NCBI GenBank assembly: GCA_964016885.1
Contig: OZ024742.1
Span: 69,068,001-69,132,000, forward strand
DNA: 64,000 nucleotides
Direction: 5' to 3'
Source: Eledone cirrhosa
Lineage: Eukaryota
A model generated the notes under the pieces. It had not been told where the DNA came from. It saw only the letters and a program-made list of their open reading frames with translations, and did not search any database. Made by a program: the position numbers and the translations under genes. This document shows, piece by piece, positions 39,920-50,300 of the stretch; within the stretch, counting starts at the first letter, position 1, and every line of letters begins with the position of its first letter.

Positions 39920-42024
39920 TATAACAAAATACTAGTGTGTATGAATGTAACAAGGAGAAGTGGTTTGTGTGTATAATATTTAATTAACAATATGTGGATA
40001 TATAGAACAGTATAGTTGACATGTCAATGAGTAGATGAGAGAATGAAACAAAGTTATTAGTTACCGCTTGGTTGCCAGAGTTACACACGCCTGAGTTAAG
40101 ATTCCTGGCGAAGGCCAGGAGGCGCCTGACCGAAAAGGCGAATGAGAGAGAGAGAACTTAAAGTTGTTAGTTTTATAGGGTTCTGACCGGAAGTTACAGA
40201 AAGGGTTCTACTTCCTGTCTAAAGAGCGTTAATCTATTGGGGTTGTGAGTGTCACAACAAGGGAGGCAACTCCTGCTACATTACTTCCCGCCAGACTTTT
40301 AAATATAAAAATCGAATGAAATATGTATGTAGCAAGTTGGCGAGAATGTTGTAACAGGCATGAAAATTACGAAAAAAAAAAATAATGTTTGCAAAAATCA
40401 ATGATAGATATCAAGGTAGCCCACCGCTCTTGGCCAGAGAACGACTGGATATCTATCTATCCATCACCCAAAGATACAGTGTAATAAAGTAAGAGAAGAG
40501 CTCAAAGTTCAAATGTACAAAATATAGTTCACAGGTGTGCAATCACATGACAGCAGGAAAGAAAGTGTGTTCCAGAGAATGAATGCAGGTGGTTTCTGTT
40601 CTGTGGTATATCATGAAATTTCCAACCTCTGAATGGATTTTCTCACAGGAAGAGTGCTGCAAAAATAAATTCTCAGGCTTGTTCTGCTGGTTTTGGTTGT
40701 TGATGAAGCTGTGTTGCTGTTGATGTTGTTGTCTCGCGGAGTGAGCGTATTCGATGTTTAAATTCACAGTAAAGAAAATTTTTTCAGAAAAAATGAGTTC
40801 GCAAAGTGCTAGAAATAACAGCCGAAGTTGATGGTCGATGTTAAGAATGCGTTGACCTGGAAGGGTCAAGAGGCCAGCGACCAAATAAATAAGCATTCTG
40901 AATAAATGCGCAGTTTTCAACGGCAAATTTACGTGGTAAATTTTTAAACCGGCAAATAGGAGAATATAGCTTAAGGCTGGAGAATCCTTGGCGAGAAACG
41001 TTATCCCTGGCGTGCGGCTATCTCTGTGAGTCGAGATATCTCAGTGAATCTAGAATCCTACACGTGCCAAAACAAGGTTAAGTTGAAAAAATAATATTTC
41101 TAATGCGCGAGAAAACGGCGCGAAAATGATAGTGCAACAGGTCGTTGGCAGCCATTTTGAAAAAATGTGTGTGTGAAAGTGATAATGATGAAAAAGAAAG
41201 AAAGGCTTCACTTAGCATAACAAATATGGCGAGTTCAATTTTTATTTTTTTTTATTTTTGGTGTGAACTTTGAAAAAAACTTGAACGATGAAGAAAACGA
41301 TGAAAAAAAGGCAATGGTTGATGTTCATCGAAAATAAATCTTCCTGTTGAAATGTTTTTAAAAAAAAAATGAAATTTTTTTGTTTTTTTTTGTTTTTGAA
41401 GTGTTCGGTGTAAGAAACGAGAAACATATATATATATACAGTAAAATGCAACAGTTAGTTGATGCGTAAGGGAAAAAGTCTGTCTGAACGCAAATTTCAC
41501 ATGTGCGTGTTCGTTTCTTTGACTGCGTATTTTCATAGTTTGTCAATAAAATTTTGCTGCGTATTCGTAATGTTACTCACACAACACCAGATTCTGCTAT
41601 TTTTTTTTTCGGGGTCATCACTTATAACAATGAACGGCTGCGTGTTCGTATCACGTCGGGGGTCTCCAATTATAGCGAAATACTGGGTTGTATGAATGTA
41701 ACAAGAAGTGGTTTGTGTGTATAATATTTAATTAACAATATGTGGATATATAGAACAGTATAGTTGACATGTCAATGAGTAGATGAGAGAATGAAACAAA
41801 GTTATTAGTTACCGCTTGGTTGCCAGAGTTACACACGCCTGAGTTAAGATTCCTGGCGAAGGCCAGGAGGCGCCTGACCGAAAAGGCGAATGAGAGAGAG
41901 AGAACTTAAAGTTGTTAGTTTTATAGGGTTCTGACCGGAAGTTACAGAAAGGGTTCTACTTCCTGTCTAAAGAGCGTTAATCTATTGGGGTTGTGAGTGT
42001 CACAACAAGGGAGGCAACTCCTGC

Positions 42025-42028
<4 letters not shown>
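39920..42028 (-). mobile_element. Non-autonomous LTR retroelement (LTRs 39920..40280 and 41671..42028; 1.39 kb interior without recognisable gag/pol)
   Basis: Near-identical direct repeats of about 360 bp, beginning TGTAGC on the minus strand. A PBS follows the 5' LTR, and purine-rich GGCGGGAAGTAA precedes the 3' LTR. Confidence 0.85.
41650..41668 (-). promoter_or_regulatory. Primer-binding site complementary to tRNA-Trp
   Basis: TGGAGACCCCCGACGTGAT versus the known tRNA-Trp PBS TGGTGACCCCGACGTGAT (one substitution, one extra C). It lies 2 nt from the LTR. Confidence 0.8.
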
Positions 42029-42093
<65 letters not shown>

Positions 42094-43074
42094 ATGTATA
42101 TATATGTATGTGTATGTATGTGAGTGAGTATACGTGTGTGTGAGTGTGTATGTGTATATTTTGTATACGTGAGTGTGAGTCCATGTGCCCATACCCATAT
42201 GCGTGTATGGGTATATCTATGTGTATGTATGTATGTATGTAAAACACCTTGTACATTGCCTCTCACCTTCCCCCATCTCCGTCGTTCGCCACCCCCAACG
42301 ATACTCCCCCACTCTCCATATTCGTGTCCGCATGCGCACACGCACATACATGTGTGTACATATATATATGGCTGTGTGTGAGCATGTGTCGATATGTGTG
42401 GGCAAGGATGTGCGTATGTGTTTTGTGGTGGGTGTGTTTATACAACAATATGTGTGCACAAATATACATATATGTGTGTGCCTATACGTATATACAAAGC
42501 ATCTGTCAGAAGAAGAGCGTCTAGCTATGTATCTAGATAATGACCTTGACGCCACCAATACATCCACCACACCACCACAAACGCCACTACCATAGAAAGC
42601 CGCGCCAATACCACACCCACACATACACGCCAACCCGTCTACTGACAATCCACTAACCTCATACCACAGCCCATCCCACTAAGCAACCATAACCACCACC
42701 ATATCATAACATCCACCCCACATACTCTACACGCCAAGGCCAATCAACCACCACCACACCACAGCCCATCTCATCCACCCATCGTCACCAAGATCTCACC
42801 ATCACACCCAGCCCCATATACACTACAGGCCAGTACATCGCCTTGACCCTTCCCACCAATTAAAACAACTCATTTTGTCAAACTCTTGAATCTCTGACTT
42901 TACCACATAGCATGTATTTCATTTTCTTATAGCATTTTAAGAAGGTCCGTCGAGCTGCGTATTATTGAGTCGAATAGGATCGATATAGATCGAATCTTGA
43001 GCTGATCAGTGGCGAAACGCGCGTCACCTATCAATAAATGCAATGAAGGAATAATCAATCGTCCTTTTTATCCT

Positions 43075-43148
<74 letters not shown>

Positions 43149-43989
43149 GCAGTGTTGCCTTGTGGTCGTAGTAGGCTTTCCTGACTACTGGTTGTGCTAC
43201 AGAATTCTGATGAATACATAAATAATACATACATACATATCTCTGTTCTCATAGTAAACAGCCGTTTATGATTGGCTCTATAATTATGGTGATGTTGTGG
43301 CGGCATGCCTTTATCCTTCTTTTGTTTGCTTCTATCACTGTTTGGTCATTTTTTACCTCATCTGTCACTGAGAATCGTCATCATCATCATTAGTATCACC
43401 AGCAACACTACCCCAAGCAGCATCAACCGTCCATCAATCAAGACTACAAGAACCACAAATGTTACCAAGAGATGATGTACCACAAATGGTACCACGACAA
43501 GTCACTAACTGATGTACAACAAGCTGCACCACAACCTGTACGTCAGGCACTACAATTAAAATCGCCAGCACCACAATTAGTGCCACAAGTTCAGTTGTAT
43601 CGTCATCATCATCAACATTGTCAAAAAATAACTTGGTTTCGCGGTAATAAGAAGAATTTAGAAATATTTTTATATGCGTTGTTTTCTATTTCGATATAAC
43701 ACTCATACACGTGTTGTAATGCAGTAAAATTAACTCAGACACAAGATTAATAAGTGCTATCTGTCCCACACCCGAATTTACAAGGGCCCCGTGAACGTGT
43801 AAATGCCTTATTACTATGATATTGAAATGTTATAAACCATTCGTTCTCATATTGTATACAATGCTTGATTATTCTAATAACAAAAGTAGCATGCTCCCCT
43901 CACATCTGAACCACTTTAGTTTGATTCAGCATTCAGAATATTCCCCGAAACCAATATACTATAAAATATATAAACTATAGTAATAGAAA

Positions 43990-44040
43990 TAAATAAAACA
44001 AATAAAACAAATAAAACAAATAAAACAAATAAAACAAATG
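43990..44040. repeat. (AATAAAACAA)n short tandem repeat
   Basis: About five copies seen directly. Confidence 0.9.
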
Positions 44041-44312
44041 TTTGTCTGACGTTAATTAAAAGACTTCCCATTCTACTTCTCTGTTTCAATGCATTAAACT
44101 CGTCATAAAATTATTATTTTCCTGTAAATAAGATTCGGTGAACATTACTGTCAAGTATCATTTCATTTCCTGTTTTCTTTAGAAATAATTGGCTCAAATT
44201 CATTGCATACTTCAAATATTGATAAAAACACTTGCTCTTGTTGTCACTCTGTGTCTGCGTAACTCTTTATTTATGTATCTCTTTCTTTAACTTTTGTAAA
44301 TCATTATTGTTT

Positions 44313-44500
44313 AGGGCGGTGGATTGGCAGTATCAGTAGAGGGTCGGACGCCATGCTTTCCAGCATAGTTACGTCCCTTTACGATCTGAGTTCAAATCCC
44401 GCCGAGGTTGACTTTGCCTTTCATCCTTACGGGGTCGATAAAATAAAGTACCAGTAATGCACTGGGTAATTGCTGGCCTTGTGCCTAAAGTTGAAACAAT
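44313..44500 (+). mobile_element. Full-length tRNA-derived SINE with target-site duplication ATTATTGTTTA
   Basis: A-box-like TGGCAGTATCAG, B-box GTTCAAATCC and the shared core. The TSD is present on both sides. Confidence 0.9.
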
Positions 44501-44514
44501 TATTGTTTAAATTA

Positions 44515-44700
44515 CAATAACTGTTTCTACTTTAGGCACAAGGCCAGCAAATACCCCAGTGCATTACTGGTACTTTATTTTATCAACTCCATAAGGATGA
44601 AAGGCAAAGTTAACATCGGCGGGATTTGAACTCAGACTGTAAAGAGCCGTAATTGTATGTTGCAAATCACGGCGTCCGATCCTCTACCGATACTGCCAAT
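44515..44700 (-). mobile_element. tRNA-derived SINE, inverted and tail-to-tail with the previous copy
   Basis: Reverse complement of the same consensus. Confidence 0.9.
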
Positions 44701-45214
44701 GTTGTAAAAATATGTTTGTAATGTCTATTGCACAATACCTGGTAAACCTTCATAGGTAACACACAAGTTTTTCATTTTCTCTATCGAATATTTTAAAGTT
44801 CAAACAACCATTTTTCTATAATAATATTATAGAGGAATAAATTCGTTTGTATCTGTTTTTCCTTTTCTGTATTTCATTTTTACATGTTATTCATATTAAA
44901 AAAACCTTTTCTAATAAAATCCTATTTCACACAATTTTTCACGCCAAAGTAGCAGAAATTCATCATTTTTGTACTTCCAATCATGTAAGTATTTTACGTG
45001 AGATATTTTTCTTCATCCCAGTAACTATCCTTCAGTTTCCAAGTATTACACTGGCTGTAGGTATTTCATTTCTGACATCATACATTTATCCATTCAACAA
45101 TATTTAATTTCTCATGCTCTTTGAAGACTACCGTAATTCAACAACAATTTCACTTGTACACATTCAGATTTCATCAATGGTAGACAATGTAAACAGTGTG
45201 TCAGCAACAGCAGA

Positions 45215-45317
45215 CCGAGGTTAACTTTGCCTTTCATCCTTACGGGGTCGATAAAATAAAGTACCAGTAATGCACTAGGTAATTGCTGGCCTTGTGCCAA
45301 AAGAAGAAACGATTATT
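45215..45317 (+). mobile_element. 5'-truncated SINE
   Basis: CCGAGGTTAACTTTGCCTTTCATCC...GAAACGATTATT. Confidence 0.85.
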
Positions 45318-45800
45318 AACTCCAGAGAAAATATCACAATCACAGTAAGACGACAGAACACGAAGAGCTTCTGACAGAGAACGCTAAGAGGCAGACACCA
45401 GAGCATGCATGCATCTATGGAGGGGAGAAGAAGATTATGCTTCCAACAGAAAACGAAACGTCTCATTAGAATATTTCAAGGCCTAAGACAATTATTTCGT
45501 GGGAAAATGAATCGGAAAAGTAAGAAATATGGTGCTTACATGTAGTTAAAGAAATGAAAGTCAGTAAGTACCAACGCTAATCCGCCTTCTGATTTTTGTT
45601 ATGACAAAGGTTTCTACCGCCTATTTAACAAGTGAGCTTAAAGGAATTCTAACTAGAATTATGGAGAATGGTGTCATCGATAGCATTAGGGGTTACAATT
45701 CAACTTTAGCTTTTACATCACCTGATGTCACAGGCACTAAAACACAGCATTCACATACATTAGGTGTCTATAAGGAAACAATATATTTTCACGTTTTTCA

Positions 45801-45996
45801 AGGGCCGTGGATTGGCAGTATCAATAGAGGGTCGGACGCCATGTTTTGCAGCATAGAATTACGGCCCTTTATGGTCTGAGTTCAAATCCCGCCGAAGTTA
45901 ACTTTGCCTTTCATCCTTACGGGGTCGATAAAAATAAAGCACCAGTAATGCACTGGGATAATTGCCGGCCTTGTGCCTAAAGTAGAAACAATTATT
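45801..45996 (+). mobile_element. Full-length tRNA-derived SINE
   Basis: Same consensus, with A and B boxes. Confidence 0.9.
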
Positions 45997-46330
45997 TTAA
46001 TTTAAACCAGAGGACGAAAGCATTTTAAATACCAAAAAATAAAAGAAATTTCAACGAAATAATCCAGAATGTCACCCAGAATTAAACAAAATTATTAGAT
46101 CATAAGGGCCATTTAAACACATTCTACCCTCATGTTTTAGTTCTAATACGATTGTAGAATGTACATTAAATTCCGCTGCACTAGAAAACCCGCGGGGGCT
46201 TATACACATCAAAATTTGACAATCATGTATGTGAATAGAATTTAAAAAGTTACACAACTTCACCGTATATTCGTATTTGTTTTGTTTTTATTTGCTGTAA
46301 TGCAGGTGCAAGCTAAAAAAAAAAGGCGAT

Positions 46331-46715
46331 TTATAATTTTTGATTCCCCTCCCACAGAGGCCCAGTGTTGTTGTGTTCTACTCCGAACCGTATATGCACG
46401 TTCGTGGACGTCGAGAATATCTTGTCGGCTTCATTACGGAAGGACGTGAGGATAAAAATGTCGTCGATGTACCTGGTAAAGAAGGTATATGTGTAGCAGG
46501 TGTTGGGCGCGGGAGGTTCCAGCTGGTTCATGTTGGTGAAGGCCAGTAGTCCTGATTGGCTGGTTCCCATGAGTAGACCTGTGGTCTGTTTGTTGGACTG
46601 GTGATGGAAGGTGAAGAATGTGTTGTCCACAATGATGGATAGGAGTCGGTGAATGTCGGATGCTGTGTGTCCGAAGCAGTATATGTTGTGAGAAATTATG
46701 CTGTCTGTCAGTCAC
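46331..46715 (-). pseudogene. Degenerate Penelope-like RT fragment
   Basis: NTFFTF..QTTGLLMGTSQSGLLA..FTRYIDDIFIL matches the PLE RT motifs Q..G..MG.P.S and RY(I/V)DD. Confidence 0.75.
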
Positions 46716-46918
46716 TAGGTGAACTGCTGGGTAAGCGGCTATTCATGTATCGGGAAGCAACGTCTAGGCTAAATGTGTATTTATTATGTCTACGTTGTTC
46801 CGATGGTAATTGGCGGAGTCAGTATATGACCACATCGGAGCTGCTGACATGTCATAGTAAAGTGGAAAGATTAGGTTTAAGGATCCGGGAGACATTTATA
46901 CGTATGTATATACATTTT

Positions 46919-47292
46919 CTAAAATCGTGTGATTTCTGTATACATTTCATCTTCTTTACTATTTTCATTAAGCAAACTCGTCTCACGTTTCTTCGGCATT
47001 GTTAAGCGCAACTTCTCCCAGAACCTTTTAGATTTGTTGCAAGAGTCTTCGGTATCATGTGGCCATTCCAAATAAGTAATAGACTTCATGATATAAGCAA
47101 GGTTTTTGTCCAATTCTTGCACATTGATATCACGGTATATAATTGGAATGATCTTTTGATGTTTTTTCAGCATTTCCTGGTGAGCGACTTGATATTCCAA
47201 CCGTGTCCATTCGCTAATCACATAATCAGGGGACAAAACCAAGATTGTTCGCCTACTCTTCTCTACGGCATTTATAATGTTGTTGCAAATAG
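46919..47292 (-). CDS. Terminal coding exon of a TIR-domain receptor (Toll/IL-1R family)
   Basis: Acceptor tttatttcag|CT, then (T)ICNNIINAVEKSRRTILVLSPDYVISEWTRLEYQVAHQEMLKKHQKIIPII..ITYLEWP..KRFWEKLRLTMP and a stop. TIR box 3 (FW) is present. Confidence 0.9.
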
Positions 47293-47306
47293 CTGAAATA
47301 AACATA

Positions 47307-47336
<30 letters not shown>

Positions 47337-47337
<1 letters not shown>

Positions 47338-50300
47338 CTTTCTTTATTAACCACAAGGGTTTACACAAAGTAGACATTAAGGACAGTACAGGACAATACA
47401 GGACGATACAAATGGGCATTTCTGCGTGTAAAAAAAACAGAGGATGTAATAAAAATATAACACTGAAAAATTCCCCAATAGGGGGGGGGGGGATTCCGAG
47501 GGACATTTGTGGAGAAAACGCATTAAAAGACCACAGTGACCCTGACCACCAGGGCAAATGCCCACTCCCAGTTTTCCACGTTTAATTTACAGACACATAT
47601 TCAGAGTAGACCTATCCACTCGGGCCATACTTGCTTCTCTCACCCATCTTTCAACAAAATGCTGGGAAGAGAGCACTTCCCTCTCTACTCTGATTTTCCT
47701 TTTCAGATGAAATTTGAAAAAGTTAATCAGGGCATCATCGAAGAGGTAAGTGCTCGTCTTCAGCCCTTTCAAACGTGTCCACTATACTATCTCTTTCGCC
47801 ATGGCCACCGGACAGATAAAAACTGCCTGCCCTTCCCGGCTAAAGGAGGAGGGCGGAGCAATCCTCAAGATGGACACAGTTGATAGCCGGATCCGTCCTA
47901 CACGTGACAGCAGGTGTTCGACATAAACCCACAAGTCAGCAATGCTCGGACACTGGACGAGTGCGTGCAGGACGGTTTCGTCGCCCTGCGCGCACCTCAG
48001 ACATGCCCGGCTGACGGCACCTCCATGCCTGTAGAGTTTATCCTGAACTGGCAAAGCTCCTCGGTAGCACTGCCAGGCCAGGGATTTCTGGAAGTTGTCT
48101 ATAGGCCCCGGCCCAAAAGTCCTTCCGAAGAGATTGGCTAGTTGATTTTCGTCGACGCCTAGAGTTTCTCCAAGTACGTCGTCGCACTTCTCCTCCACTA
48201 ATCCTCTATAGAACGCCAAGGTGGAGTTTCCACCGATCACATTGCCCGATTGGTCGAGGGCTGTGAGCGCCTGAAGACATTCCAGTCTCCAAGCGCTCCC
48301 TCTCGGTCTTCGCTTGACCCAGGACTGCAGCTCCATCAAGGAGACGAGCTGGGGAAAGACGTGTCTAGCAAACGGCGACCACACCTGATCACCGTCGAGG
48401 AAGAGGTGGACATGTCGTAGCCTGAACGCGTGTCTGCGCATCATCAGCCACGGCATGCCCAGCCCTCCACGTAACGGGTGTTGACAGTAGATGGACCGCC
48501 TGACCATCGGAGCGGGGTCCCTTCCACAAAAAGCGAAAGAGCAAACGCTCCAGCGCAGTCAGGCGGGGCTTAGGACAAGGTACGACGGTCAGGCGGTAGT
48601 AGATGGCGGACGCGATGTACGCGTTAGCCACATCCGCTCGACCTTTCAGGGATAGCTTCCTCTCCGCTCATTTCTGGGTGAGAGAAGCCACCCTGCTCGT
48701 CACCTCGTCCCAGTTTTTGTCCGTCTGGAGGTCTGGACCGAACCAGACCTCTAGCAATTTAACCGGTCCGTCCGTCCAGCGCCTGACGACGCTGTTGGAC
48801 GGCATGGACCTGCCTCTCCAGGAGCCGAGCTGCAGGCCCACTGACTTTTCCTGGTTGATCATTGCTCCTGTCACCGCTTTGTATTCTCTTAGTGTAGTGC
48901 CGATCGCCTCGATGTGTTTGGCGTTCGACACCACTACGGTGACATCGTCCGCATATGCTGACACGGATCTTCCGCATCCTGTTTATGCGGGACCCCCCTC
49001 AACGTTTCCAGTTTGTGCAGTAATGGTTCGAGAGTCAATACATACAAGAGGGACGAGAGGGGACATCCTTGGTGGACCGAGCGCATGATGTTGAACGGTT
49101 CCGAAAGGTGACCGTTCACTCTCACCACAGAGCAGATGTCGCTGTGCATGGCAGCGATCCAGCCTCTGAAGACGGGCCCAAAGCCAGCCGCCCTCAGGAC
49201 TACCGCCAGGTAAAGATGGTCGACCCTATCGAAAGCTTTCGACTGATCTAAATTGTTCAAGGAGCCACCCATGCCAGGTTCCCTAGCTACCCTCTCTACG
49301 ATGTATCGCATGAGGTGGAGGTTGTCGTGGATGGATCTGTCCGGAATGGCGCACGTCTGCGCCTCTCCCACCAGACCACCAACGACAAGCGCCAACCTCT
49401 TTGCTAGCACCTTGGCCAAAATCTTGAACTCTGTGTTTAGCAGAGTTATGGGCCTGAAATTATCTGTTCGGATCCTTTCTCAGCAGCGCCACAGCTCCTC
49501 GGCTCACAGAGCTGGGAATTCTCCCGTTCTGTTGCCAGTTGCAGTAGTCATCCGCCAAGAGGCCTCCGAACAAGTCTGGCATCTGTACGTAAAGTTCATA
49601 GGGCAGACCATCCAAACCAGGCGATTTACCCCTTGTGCAGCCAGTCATTGCCTCCCGTACTTCAGCGGCTGTTATCGGCTTTTCGCAACACTCCGCCTCA
49701 GTGGCCGAGAGCCGCGGCAGTCCGTCGAGGTAGACACTAAAGTCCATTCCTCTATCCGGCCCGCCGCTGCCCCCGAACAACTGAGCGAAGTGTCGCTGAA
49801 AAGTCTCACACATTTGCCCGGGATCGAGTAGCATGCGCCCGTCGTGGTCCACCAAAGACCGGATCGTGGCTTTGTTTCCACGACGCGCCTCCGCCACTCG
49901 GGCCCATTGAACGTCTTTCGTCCCCTCGTGTCTGAGAGCACGTACCCTAGCTCTGACAACGCAACCTTCGTGCTTTGCATTGGTCAAGGGCCAATTTCGC
50001 CGCAAGTACGTCGGTCGCGATGCCTTTGCTAAGCGCCTCGTCTAATTTTCTAACTAATTCTCCCTCTGCTCTATTTTTCTCTATTGCTAAAGCCTTACTA
50101 AACCTAATGGACTCTATTCTAATTGCTCTTTCCAGAGCAAACCACCACTTGTTGTTGACGATGGCCCCCGTCAACGTCCGCTTAACTAGTTCGCTAATCC
50201 GGTCTCTGTAGGCCTTGCGCGCTGGTAAGGACGCGTTTAGCTTCCAGTAGCCGAGTCCTCGTCTATGAAGCTTATCTAAGTCAAGCACACAGATCACGAA

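Larger units (their letters stand above)
37988..43080 (+). mobile_element. 5'-truncated Naiad-type element bounded by inverted repeats of about 330 bp (about 38090..38420 and 42755..43080), with an LTR element nested inside
   Basis: ORF 38448..38636 reads CRLCLAEEAEII..INYRSDIIVNCRH, the Naiad C-terminus. A long C/A-rich 3' UTR follows. The terminal repeat ends GAAACGCGCGTC and AATAAA. Confidence 0.7.

Noticed and set aside
44313-44410. Possible tRNA gene (A and B boxes)
   Set aside because: No cloverleaf. It continues into a repeated SINE body with a TSD.
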